Position numbers and translations under genes: made by a program
NCBI GenBank assembly: GCA_951406725.2
Contig: OX597814.1
Coordinates: 74,958,001-75,022,000 of the forward strand
From: Octopus vulgaris
Taxonomy: Eukaryota
Length of the DNA stretch: 64,000 nt
Direction: 5' to 3'
Notes under the pieces: model-generated
Database searches by the model: none
What the model was told of the DNA's origin: nothing
What the model saw: only the letters and a program-made list of their open reading frames with translations
Shown here: positions 1 through 11,900 of the stretch, in pieces
Position numbering within the stretch: position 1 is the stretch's first letter
How the letters are laid out: the number at the start of each line of letters is the position of its first letter

Positions 1-29
1 AGTGTGTGTGCGTATGTATATATATCTAT

Positions 30-255
30 ATATATTTATTTGTGTGTATCTGTTTATTTCCCACTACTGTTTGACAACTGATGTTGGTGTGTTTACATCC
101 CCTTAACTTAGCAGTTCGGCAACAAAGATCAACAGAATAAGTATCAAGCTTAAAAAAAAAAATAAGTACTGGGGTCAAATCATTTGATGAAATATTCTTG
201 AAGGCAGTGCCCCAGTATGAGCACAATCTAATGACTGAAACAAGTAACAGATATA
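30..255 (+). mobile_element. 3' part of tRNA-derived CORE-type SINE (octopus-type, internal TA/TG microsatellite)
   Basis: Segment GGTGTGTTTAC..TAACTTAGC..AGAATAAGTA..AATAAGTACTGGGGTC..ATGACTGAAACAAGTAA recurs at ~11050-11235, 34520-34735 (minus) and 41580-41785. Confidence 0.7.
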
Positions 256-699
256 TGTGTGTGCATCTTTGTTGTTGTCTTGACATTCCATGATCATTGT
301 AAATTAGTGTCAATGTCATACAAGCAATGTTATTCATTTCCAGTTTTCTGAAAAAAACATGTCTGACCATTGAAAATCTGCCCCAATGAATTACGTCTGA
401 CCTATGCAAGCATAGAAACATGGATGCTAAGATGAAAATGATGATGATGATGATGATGATGATGAATAGCTAGTTGTGGTCCTTTGTATTATGAGAATTG
501 TAGAGTAGACATAGTAATTGCTTGACTAAATACCTTGTAATATTCAATTATATTCTTTCATATTCTGATATTAAATTCTATTTCAACCTTCTGGAGTCAT
601 TAAAATAAATGCCAATCAAGTACTGGGACTAATTAAATCAACAGGGTTGAAGTAGAGGTTCAGCCCCCTCTTGTTCATCATATTCCTTAAGGTAATAAC

Positions 700-2112
700 A
701 GGAAATCAAGACAGGATGCCCCTGGGAGCTCCTCTATGCTGATGACCTGGCTCTTATAGCTAAATTGTTACTTGAACTAGAGAAGAAGTTCCAGGTATGG
801 AAACAAGGTCTAGAATCTAAGGGCCTTAGAGTTAACCTAGCAAAAACCAAAGTTTCAGTAAGTAGGAAAGCAGACAAATCACAAATCCCTTCAGGTAGAT
901 AGCCCTGCTCAATCTTTAGAAAAGATGTAGGTAGAAACTTCATAAGATGTAACCAGTGTAAGCTTTGGACTCATAAAGGGTGCAGCAATATCAGAGGAAG
1001 GTTAACAGGGGAACTAGCTTTGTATATGGAAGATGCACAAGTACAATAAATGCTAAAAATGTGCAGAAAATAGACTCCATCAACTTCCGGGGGGGGGGGG
1101 GGCAAGCTAGAGGTGGTACATAGCTTCTGTTATCTAGGTGACCAAGTTAGCAGTGGAGGTGGATGCTCCAAGAGCATAGTTGTGAGAATAAGATTAGACT
1201 GGGCAACGTTCAGAGAGTTCTTACACCTGCTGGCAACAAAGGGCCTCTCTCTCAGAGAGAAAGGAAAATTGCTTGATGCCTGTGTGTGAACAGCTATGTT
1301 GTATGGCAGTGAAACATGGACTGTGACAGTTGAGGACATGCATAGACTTGAAAGAAATGAAGCCAGTATGCTTCGCTGGATATGCAATGTCAATGTGCAT
1401 GTTCAACAGAGTGTAAGCATCTTGAAAGAAAAGTTGTGCATAAGAGGCATCAGATGTGGTGTGCAAGAGAGACAACTGCACTGTATGGTCGTGTGATGCA
1501 TATGGACGAGTACAGCTGTGTAAAGAAGTCCCGATCTCTAACTTTGGAGGGAGTCTGTGGTAGAGGTAGACCCAGAAAGACATGGGACAAGGAGATGAAG
1601 CATGATCTTCAAATTTTGAACCTCATAGAGGCAATGACTAGTGACCAAGACCTTTGGCAATGTGCTATGCTTGAGAAGACCTGTCAAGTCAAGAGAAATC
1701 ACCTGTGCTGGTGGCATGTAAGGAACACCTTTCAAGCATTGAGCCTCACGGAGGTAAAGTGGCTAAGTTCCTTTCGAGTGTTAGGCTTCATGGAAGTAAG
1801 TGGTTGAGCCTCACAGAGGCAATGATCAAGACTTTAAGCATTATATCATGTTTGAGAAGAAGGCCCATCAAGCCAAGCAAAATCGTAGTCATGGCAGATA
1901 CTGGTGTCATGCAAATGACACCCATGCTGGTGGCACATAAAAGCACCCATTACACTCTCAGAGTGGTTGGTATTAGGAAGTGCATCCAGCTGTAATAAAC
2001 CATGCCAAATCAGACTGGAGTATGAGGCAGCCTTCCAGCATGCAAGCTCAGTCAAACCATCCAACCCATACCAGCATGGGCAATGGACATTAATGATGAT
2101 GATGATGATAAT
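700..2112 (+). mobile_element. 5'-truncated, degenerate RTE-clade LINE (RT C-terminal half, 3' UTR, (GAT)n tail)
   Basis: Reads GCPWELLYADDLALIA, FCYLGD, MLYGSETW, GRGRPRKTW with stops and frameshifts; ends ...CCAACCCATACCAGCATGG..(ATG)n. Confidence 0.9.
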
Positions 2113-3269
2113 GATCCTTCTTAAAATTGCTATGCCAAAGTTAGAAATAATTATTACTGGCACTCATTATGTCAATAATTATCGTTATTGCCAACTCGTA
2201 TATATCTAAAGACCTATTTAGCTCATGCATGCCACATTCTTTACATTAAGTTGACTTTTTCCTGACCTTTTGTTATTATATTCATGCACATGTCTGTACA
2301 CATGCTTGTTTTTGCAGGAATTGAAATTCAGATTTTTCGCAAAACCAGAATATAGATTATGAATCAGGAAATGTCAATGAACTGTTCATTGCTTTAATTT
2401 TGGGTAAATAACTGTATGTCTGGAAAACAATATATGTCCATATTTAACATTAAGGTCCCATAGAAAGGCACTTGCTCTCATCTTAACTCTTTAAGGTTGG
2501 GTATAAACAACCAGTCTTTTCATGTGGAATGCAAAAACAAAGGGAAAAAATACAAAGTGATAATCAAATAGCTTATAAAGTAAATGTGGCTTATATACAC
2601 CCACCTTCTTCACAATTTAGCAGTGAGTCAATAAGCTACACCCGTCTTTCTGCAGAAGAAAGCCTGTTGTGTCATTAAGCCACACTCAACCTTAAAGTGT
2701 TAAATGCCTGTGCTAATCAGTTCATTATATCACAAGAAAATGGGTTTTTTAAAAAATCATTGTTTTATTGCTCATTTCTCCACTGAACAAATTTGTAATC
2801 AAGCATGTAGTTGCCTTAACTGCTATAAATAGCAGCCAAATCTCTTTCCAGTTATAACCAACTCTCTTAAAAAGCATATTGGGTATAATTTGAATATATG
2901 TAATCCTGAATACACAGTGCCTAGGAGATCAGGGTGGGCATGGGTGGAACATCTTTGATCATAGGTGTGCTTAGTCAAGCTTTAAACTAAAATCATCTCT
3001 GAAACTTCGTATTCTTAGGTCTGATTTCACTTCTAATCAAGTCTTCCTGGTCTGTCTCCATTGTTAAATACCTTCCTCTATCAATTCAGGACTTTTTCAC
3101 CTAGTATATATTTATACATCATATTTTTGAATTAGCAGATCTGCTTTTTCAGCAAACATTTCTCTAACGTCTAGTTGATATTTTAATCTTTTTATTTTCA
3201 ACCTCACTTCATTTCTCTGCTGCTGAGGCGACCTTTTGTAATGAAGGCAACTTATTTAAAAGCTAATAA

Positions 3270-4290
3270 CATAGGGTTAGTAAGTCTGCAGAGCTGACTG
3301 AATGATAATGGCATAGTTAGTCAGCGGATTTGAAGAATGATCTATTGATGATCACTCTTCAAATGTTAGTTAGTCTGGCTATCCTCCCAGATGCTTTAAT
3401 TTCACACAAGCACACCATCCATCACAGTCCCCACTCCATGTTCTTAATTCATCAACATTTGCCATTCCACTGTCCTGAAGCAAGTTGTCCACATAGGTTA
3501 GACATTTTCTTCCCCTGTTAATTCTTCCTCCAACTGACTGCCATAAGACCAGTTGATACACAGGTTCTTCTGGATACCTGATGCAGCAATCAGCAATTCT
3601 CATTCTTCTCTGCTGAATCTTCTCAGTCACTTTGAATAGATTTTGGTAAAGCTGCTCATTGGTTAAATGAGCTCTCCATGTAACATTCAGAGCCATTCTT
3701 AACATTCCTGTGTACCATGGAGATAAACAACCTAATTTTCAATTTACACTCTTCAAATCCTTTATTATATAAATAGCCTGGTCATTAGGTCTGGAGAACT
3801 AAATAAATGATAGTATGTTTGGAGAACTCAAATAGTAATGTCAGTGTAGTCAGTAAGTCTATATAACTGAACAAGTAATGGTAGTAGATCTGAGAAACTG
3901 AGCCGCAGTTGCTAATACAGCTTAATTCAAAAAGTATGGAGAGTTGAAGTAGAGATCTCAGTATAACCTGGCTGCTAGATCTGAAGACCTGGATACTGTA
4001 TGTCTTGAGAGCTGAATAAGTGATGCCAATGTATGGTTAGTCAATGGGTCTGGGAAACTAAGCTAGAATTGTTTATGTAATTTGCTCAGTAAGTCTAGGA
4101 GTAGGTCTGGAGTACTGAACAAATGATATTAATGTGATGTGATCAGCTGGTCTTGGGAGCTGAATAAAGGGTGTGTCAGCTGCTCAAGAGGTCTAGCAAA
4201 CTGAACTAGAATTGTTAATATAGTTTGATCAGTAAGTCTAGGGAGCTGATCTTAGAGATCTCAGTAAATCCTGACTATTAAACCAACTTA
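3270..4290. repeat. Decayed minisatellite (~45-60 bp unit), interrupted by an RTE fragment
   Basis: Recurrent motif TCAGTAAGTCTGGAGAACTGAA-like at ~3277, 3781, 3850, 4040, 4087, 4143, 4229. Confidence 0.5.
3379..3720 (-). mobile_element. RTE-clade LINE C-terminal fragment (different family from 700-2112)
   Basis: ORF MLRMALNVTWRAHLTNEQLY...QRRMRIA..C.R....LVLWQ..GRINRGRK..TYVD resembles the RTE ORF C-terminus. Confidence 0.75.
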
Positions 4291-5371
4291 GACATCACTG
4301 ACAGATGTTTCTTGTATGTAATTAGTAGATTCTATCTTATAACTTCTTCCATAACAACCTCTACTTCTCTGAACTATTGAGTGGAAGTTGTATACAGCCT
4401 CCGCTCAGACTCACATATCTCTCCTCTTCTTGTCATCCCCACTATTTTGCAAGTCTTCACCTCAGATCTCCCACTAAATAACAAGTATCTCCAAAGACAA
4501 AAAAATATAAGATTAAACTGGATATCAACCTTATTAATCCTACCTGTCAGAGAAATATGAGTAAAGCAATGAACACCATCCTGCCTCTGAGTAATTAAAA
4601 GGACCAAAAAAACAATTTTTCCCCGAGTATATTTATTAATATCTTATGCATATATAACAAACATAATATACCAACTGACACCACTACCAGTTATAAGTGA
4701 CTGTCACTATCTCTTCTGCCATCATGTTTCACAGTTATTTCATTAATTTCAAAGGAACATCTAAGACTACTTAATATGGAGATGCAAGCTAAAAGTATTA
4801 CAAAACTTCCACAATAATGTTTCTTCCCTTTCCTCCTTTAATATAGCTTTTATCCTATTTTTCTCTCATAAACTGGTAAGTCAGACAACATATCTTTTCT
4901 TCCCATCTTCTTTATTTTTGTAACACAAAAGCAGCAGGTCATCTTTACTTGTTCTCTTTTGTTAGCTGCCTTTCTTCCTCTCTCAATGATGTTACTTCTT
5001 AACTTGCTTTGAGCCTAGCAAACAGATTCACTATTGATTTGAAAATATATGATAGATATATTTATGATTTTATAATATGATATATATTAAATTCTTATTT
5101 AACTCTTTTGGTATCAAATTTATGTAAAAAAATTTTTAGGTTCCAAAAACCCTTTCAAATGTATGATTATTTTAAAAATTAGTTGAAACATATGGGCATT
5201 AGAAATATGATCACAAAATGGTTAATATGAAATATTCAACAAAATCTAACTCTTGACATCATTCCTCAAATTGTATTCTTTTTTTAAAATCTATTTAATT
5301 CAATATAATGTTTTTTAAGATATCTATTTTGAACAAATGTTTTTCCTTAGTTGTTGTGGCATTTCTTTTTT

Positions 5372-5795
5372 TACCCTTTAGCATTTAAACCAGTCATAAC
5401 TAGCTGAAATATTCTTATTTCTTTACTGCCCACAAGGGGCTACACACAGAGGGGACAAACAAGGACAGACAAAGGGATTAAGTTGATTACATTGACCCCA
5501 GTGCATAACTGGTACTTAATTTATCGACCCCGAAAGGATGAAAGACAAAGACGACCTCGGCGGAATTTGAACTCAGAACGTAATGGCAGATGAAATACCG
5601 CAAAGTATTTCACCTGGCATGCTAACGTTTCTGCCAGTTTTACGTTCTAACCAGCCAAATCTGGCCTCTCACACCTACCCTACAATCTCATTGTGAAAAT
5701 AATCAATCACATCATCAAAATCTAATAGCTACAAGACAATGCATGATGAATTCAAAACAATGTGAATAAATAAGTATTACATTTGAAAGAATACT
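5372..5795. mobile_element. piggyBac-type MITE interrupted by a tRNA-SINE (SINE ~5415-5638, minus strand)
   Basis: Flanks match the MITE at 10024-10242 (CCCTTTAGCATTTAAACCAG...CTCTCACACCTACCCTACAAT...); the insert is near-identical to the SINE at 25275-25502. Confidence 0.75.
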
Positions 5796-6018
5796 GGGAT
5801 GGAGCTTATCTTGGTTTTTTGTTTATTAAACAGTTGTAAAAACACTTCTCCCTCTGGGCATTCTAAGTTATGCAAGAGATATTTTAAATTCAGCACTGTA
5901 ATATAAGGAAACTCTAGTAAATTAATCACATCCATATGTCTTTTTATGTTACATAATTTATAGTTAAGTATATTGGATCATTGACAAGTAAATATCTTTG
6001 CCAACACAACACCAATAA

Positions 6019-8879
6019 CATTAGACAACAAAAAAAATTTTTGAAATGGTGTTGAGACACCAAACATCTTTTTTTTAGCTAATTTGAGAGTGCTGAATCT
6101 GAAAATGACCTTACTTTTTCTTCATTAGCTACAGTTTTTGCTGTATAGAAATTCCTGAGTTTTGGGGGAAAAAATGCATTTTTTTCATTTGTTTTCTGTA
6201 TATGTGATATTGATTGATGGCAATATTTCTCAAAGCAAAATCGTAGAAATCTCTCAATTCATATTTAAACCAACAAATATTGGTCTGCTTATTGAGAAAT
6301 ACTATTTTTGCAATAACAATCAGACCCTAAGTCTTTAAAAATAACATGATTGAATATATCAAGACCAACATCAAATCATTAAATAAACTAACAGCAGAAA
6401 TAAAACCTTCATGAACATAAAAACTATGGTAAAAACTTTCTCTTTCTTGATTGTCTGTCATGTTCAATGTTATTTAAGTCCCTTTTGATACTCCAGCTGT
6501 TGTCAGCCATCATTCATTTGTCCCACAGTCTCTGGTAGCACTCTTCCATTGTTTTGATATTCTGATGGAATCGTTCTTCTTACTCATCACTCACAATGCA
6601 GCATTTATCCAGGAATTGAACCTTAATAATCATATTAGTGCCTAGGTCCTGTAGACTTTTCAACAACTTTTCCACTAACTCCTTGTAGTTTTCAGCCCAG
6701 TGATTGCCTAAGAAGTTTTTCACCATGTCAACAAATGATGTCCAAGTGTGTAATTCCAAGTCATTCATTGAATTAACAAATTCATCATCCTTAATGAGTT
6801 TCCTGATATCAGGACCATCAAACACTCCTGTTTTGAGTTTTTCAGTGCTAAGTCCTGGAAACGATTTACATATATACTCAAAGCATTTACTTTCTTTGTC
6901 AAGTGATTTTACATACTGTTTCATTAATCCCAATTTGATATGGAAGGGAGGGAAGATGATTTTTTCTTTCAGAACTAGCACTGCACAAATAATGTTCTTT
7001 TCACTGACCTTCAACTCTGAGGTGGCTAATCTTTCCTTTTCAAGTGCTTTTCTTTTGCTCTTCTGTCCCACATACACCAAAAACATGGAAATTTCATGTA
7101 GCCACTTTGTTGACCAAGCAGGAAATTTACCATTTTCAAATCAACTCATAACACCCATTTATGTTTGGTGTAGTCAATCTGTTCCATAACCTGTTTGATG
7201 GCATCATGTTTTTCTTTCAGTGTTGTTGAATGACCTATAGGTATTGGCGCATACATGTTAGTATTATGGAGCAAAACACATTTTAAACTACATTCTGAAC
7301 TATCAATGAACAACCTTCATTCATCAGGATCATATTTGTGAATGTCTAGTCAAAGAAGAACACTCTCAACATCAATGCAATGAACAAGATCTATGTTCTC
7401 ATTAAAGAATGGTACAAATTCAGCATCCCTATTTCGATAGAATGTTACCTTTGTGCCTTTTGCTAACAGGTGTTTTTCACTGAGCCTAGAGGTCAAAAGT
7501 TCTGCCAATTCTCTGCTTAGATTTAAGTTGCAAACCAAATCATTCAGCTCATTTTGGTTAAACAGCTCTGGCACAGTTTCGGGAACATAGTCAGGATCGT
7601 TTTTGCTGTGTCTCTCATTTACATCAGTATCAGACTTATTACTTTCAACAAGTTTCAACAAATTTTCATGAAAAACTGGGATCAGCAAATCATCTGAATG
7701 CAGCACTGGTCGAATAGCGGAATGAAGACTGGGGTAGTCAACAGATCTGCGTTTCTTTTGGTTCAGTCCCACAACACTGACTGAGCAGAAGTAACATTCA
7801 TCAGAGTGGTTCTTTGGCTCAAGCCAGATCATAGGAATAGCGAACCTCAGTGATTTTCAGGTACCTGAAGTCCTCTCATGTGTTCCAAACATGTCTTGCA
7901 AACAATGTGAAAGGCTCATGGTTTGTCCTGATCACAAAGCTTGACGTGAAAGTAAGCACAATAGGCTTTCTTGTAAAAGTCAGATATCTGTTTCCTGTTG
8001 GCTTTTGGTGTGAACTCACTGCATGTATAGCAAAATAAGTTGGGATCATTTTTGCATCCTCTCGTTGAAGCCATGTCAATTGATGTCTATCTCTATGATT
8101 AAAAAAGAACATGAGCTGGTTGAGCATTTACATTACACTTTGCATGTTCACATTTAGGTAATTTGATGTTTCCTAATGTCCTATGGAAAGACTTGTAAAA
8201 CTGTCAATAGCAAAAGACAGAAAGGGTTATTACGCTGATTCTACTTTGTATCTTCATAATCCCACGTGGAGGGCAGATGTTATGGTGAAACCATTTTCAT
8301 GATGTTCATCTTGTACACTGGAATAGGTGCATTCATTTGGGATGTCTTTAGTTGGAGTTTTTTTCCAACTGTAAAAACAATAGCTCTAATGTGCTTGGTT
8401 TCCTTCCATATTGAAAGAATAAAAGAGATGAGATAAATTCACGAATATCAAACAGAAGATTTTTGAGTTTCATTTTTTTGAGGTCACCTTAATTATCAGG
8501 TTTACTAAAGTGTATTACTGATAAAGTTTATCAGTTAATTTGAAATGTGGCAATAAATTGGAAAAATTTGGTACTTTTATTTTAAAAGTTCTGACTCAAA
8601 AACACTTTTTTTCTTATAAAAATAGTTCATTATTTCAGGTGGCTGACATAAATTGCTCAGCCTACCTGAAAATTCATAGGTTTCTACTACCTTTTTTAAC
8701 TAAATTTTGTGATCAGCCAAGGTCGTAAATTGATTATTTTTCCCCAAAAATGAGCAATTTCAGTACAGCAAAAATTGTAGCTAACCATGAAAAACTAAGG
8801 TCATTTTAGGAATCAGCACCATCAAATTAGCTAGAAAATGTATTTTGTTTCTTGGCACCAAAAATCGTGTTGACCAGTG
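6019..8879 (-). mobile_element. Chapaev3 (CMC superfamily) DNA transposon with degenerate transposase
   Basis: Transposase fragments W.EPKNHSDECYFC, NQNELNDLV..LNLS, LFIDSS, PPFHIKLGLMKQYVKSL, GVFDGPDIR; ~150-bp imperfect terminal inverted repeats (CATTAGACAACA.. / ..TGTTGACCAGTG); TAA duplication at 6016-6018 and 8880-8882. Confidence 0.85.
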
Positions 8880-9432
8880 TAATATAATATAAAATGATTG
8901 ACTCTTCAGATGATAGACCAACATTATGACTGCACCAGCTGAGAATTTCATGTCAAATGTTCATAATATTAAATCAAATTCATTTTTGCTTGAAGAACAA
9001 AACAATGTTCCTCTCAGTCCTATCCTACCTAGTGTAGGTGTCCTGAAAAAAATACACTCAGTATTTTCTGTAAAACGGCTGTGTTAGGATGGACATCCCA
9101 TATTAGAAACCAGACCAAAAATGAAACTTACAACCAAGACGTGGTCCCTTGATCTGTCTAGAACATAAATTACCCATCAAACCCATACCAGCCTGGAAAC
9201 AGGACATAAAATGATGACAGTGACAAATGATGAATGTCAGTTGTAGAATAAATAAGCTGATATTGTTGCTTCTATTGACATTTCCAGCAAGTTAGGGGAA
9301 TTTTTAAAAAATGTTATGGAATAATCTAATCTAATACAATAATTAGCTTGTATACTTTAATGGATGCACTCCATACTCCACAGCAGAAATGTTAAGACAC
9401 CCTGGTGGTGAAGATTGACCTGCAAGAGTCCT

Positions 9433-9660
9433 GCGTAAGTGCCACATAAAAAGCACTCGTGGAAGTGCCATGTAAAAGCACCCATGCAGTGCTACATAAA
9501 AGCATCCAGCACACTCTGTAAAGTGGTTGGCATTAGGAAGGGCACCCAGCTGTAGAAACCATGCCCAAATCACACTGGAGTCTGAAGCAGCTCCCCAGCT
9601 TTGGTCAAACCATCCAGCCCATGCCAGCATGGACAACGGACGTTAAATGATGATGATGTT
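9433..9660 (+). mobile_element. RTE 3' end or RTE-derived SINE tail with (GAT)n
   Basis: Tandem GTGCCAYRTAAAAGCA units, then GTAAAGTGGTTGGCATTAGGAAGGGCA..CCATGCCAGCATGG..GACGTTAAATGATGATG; related copies at ~340-465, 9050-9240, 12320-12492, 42480-42570, 44160-44435. Confidence 0.75.
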
Positions 9661-10023
9661 ATAGAATGACAGAAAGTCAAATCAGGGTCAATCACTTCAT
9701 TTCTTATCACATGCACATCCTGGAACCATTTTCAAAACATTTACCTATCATTGACTTAGTTCATCTAACTTTACACAAGTTCTTGCTGTCTAGCCCCAGT
9801 CAGCTCTTTTAAACAGATCTATGTACATAGGTCACAGTCAGTCAACTGACTGGGTACAAACTACAAATCATTTTTTTCTGCTGCACAGTAGAATAGTATA
9901 TCCACAGGATACTTATGTAATGAAACTGAAATACTTGAGCCAACAATATATACTACATCTTCCTCTATTTGTGCAGTCCAGCATGCAGTAGTTTGTTGTA
10001 TGAGATGCAGTGTGACAGTTTAA

Positions 10024-10242
10024 CCCTTTAGCATTTTAAACCAGCCATACCAGACCAAAATATTCTACCCATTTTATGTTCAAACTGGCCATGTCCAGCC
10101 TCTCACACCTACCCTACAATATCATTCTAAAAATAAATGGTCAGTCACTGGAATTTCAAAACTACAAGATAATGCATGATTAACTAAAACAATGTGAATA
10201 AATAAGCAATGCATTTAATGGAGTAATCTGAATGCTAGAGGG
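10024..10242. mobile_element. piggyBac-type MITE
   Basis: TIRs CCCTTTAGCATT / AATGCTAGAGGG flanked by TTAA on both sides; no ORF. Confidence 0.85.
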
Positions 10243-10337
10243 TTAAGCAGGCTATATTTCTTCAGCTGTTCTTTCTGTTCCTGGAGGAAACTAAGGTGGA
10301 CTGCATTGGAGAAAGATATTTGTGCTTTTCAGCAAAG

Positions 10338-10468
10338 GCACATGTGTGGCTGTGTGGTAAGAAGCTTGCTTCCCACTGCATAGCAACTTGAGCAAATGTC
10401 TTCTACTATAGCCTTGGGCCAACTAAACCTTGTGGGTGAATTTGGGAGACAGAAAATGAAAGAAGCCC

Positions 10469-10505
<37 letters not shown>

Positions 10506-11235
10506 TAGCAGTATCGCCCGGCGTTGCTCGGGTTTGTAAGGGAAATAACTATATAAGCATTTTTAGAGAGTTACTTCCTTTATAGATGCCAATTCGGGCT
10601 TTCTTAGCCATTTCTGTTTTGGTGTCTTCAAGCCATGAAGTCGTTGTTCTAAAAGAACGCTGGTCTCCTTGACAACGCATTACGACGTTGATTTCCTTAA
10701 ACTCCCTTCCCCACAGCTTCACGAGGGAGGGAAGAAGGGGGAGAAGCAAACACAGGTGCAGGTGTTTGAGCGTGGACGCTAACTCCGCTGCCATCGACAC
10801 ACGAAAAATTATGCATTAAAATGGAATAAAAAATTATGTTAAATTATTTTTTAAATCGTAGACTCATTGTAGACGCGCGCTAATAGCCAGACGGGCTTGA
10901 TATTAATCACGACTATAAGATAACCGAATTTGGTTAAACTGCACCGCAAAATGTGGGAGGAGTTAGGAATCTAAATCGTAGGAGACAGACACTCACACAA
11001 CTACAGTTTTATATATATAGATATATATATTTGTATATATTTATGTGTGTCTGTGTCTGTGTTTGTCACCCCACCATTGCTTGACTTAGTAGTTTGGCAA
11101 AAGAGACCAATAGAATAAGTACTAGGCTTACAAAGAATAAGTTCCGGGACTGATTTCTTTGATTAAAACCCTTTAAGGTGGTGTTCCAGCATGGCTGCAG
11201 TCACATGACTGAAACAAGTAAAAGAAAAGAATAAA
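10338..11235 (+). mobile_element. CORE-type tRNA SINE split by a Helitron insertion in its (TA)n tract
   Basis: Head GTGGCTGTGTGGTAAGAAGCTTGCTTCCC..CTTGAGCAAATGTCTTCTACTATAGCC, then TA tract; 3' half resumes at ~11040. Confidence 0.75.
10505..11021 (-). mobile_element. Non-autonomous Helitron (~517 bp)
   Basis: Minus strand starts TCTATATATATAAAA and ends with hairpin CCCGAGCAACGCCGGG then CTAG; inserted between A and T; no TSD. Confidence 0.85.
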
Positions 11236-11559
11236 AGGATAGTAACAAAGGCTAATGAATTTATTGGTGATGCTGCAAGTTTGTGTTTGTTTAGACTGAA
11301 TAAAATGGATGGAATACTTGGGGTAATGAGGATGATTGAATATGTAATGACAAAGTTTATATTGGTCAACCTTGATGTGGAAACTCCACAAATCCAAATG
11401 GCCTTAATTTTGAGTAGAGTATGATTCATGGGAGATTTGGCTGCTGTTTCTTGATGATCAAGCAACTGCACTGAGTCTACCTCATGTCTTTGTGTTACTT
11501 GTGTGTACCCTTAAAAAAAATTTTTTTTCATGTTTTCAATGTTTCATGAATATTTTAGA

Positions 11560-11900
11560 TTTGTTATAGATTGATTTTTTTTTAATGTCTGTCTTCCATA
11601 TATGTCGTATGTCTACATTCTTAAATGTAATGCCTGGTTGTGCTTTCATGTTGCAAGTGAAGTAGGCCACTGCTATTTTTAGTTTACTTATGTAGAGCCA
11701 AGTTTCTAGGTGGTTGATATAGATTTGAAGTTATTGTGCAAGAATTTTTAGGCTATGGTGGGCTAAGGTAAATGTATTGTTGTCTGTGTATATGTTTCAT
11801 AAGGTAAAACAAGCTACATAAATGTAAGTTAAAATGAACAGGTGAGAGGATGAATCCTTGCTTTAATTAGATTCTTTATATATTGTTGTACACTACATAA
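11560..11900 (-). mobile_element. Highly decayed non-LTR RT fragment (Jockey/I-like?)
   Basis: Minus frame reads LQIYINHLETWLYISKLKIAVAYFT, resembling the segment after YADD in LINE RTs; weak. Confidence 0.3.

Noticed and set aside
2318-2403. AG...GT-bounded candidate exon
   Set aside because: Stops in all three frames and no partner exons identified.
3780-4290. Regularly spaced repeats resembling a CRISPR array
   Set aside because: Repeats are highly degenerate, spacers are related to each other, context is eukaryotic and there are no cas genes.
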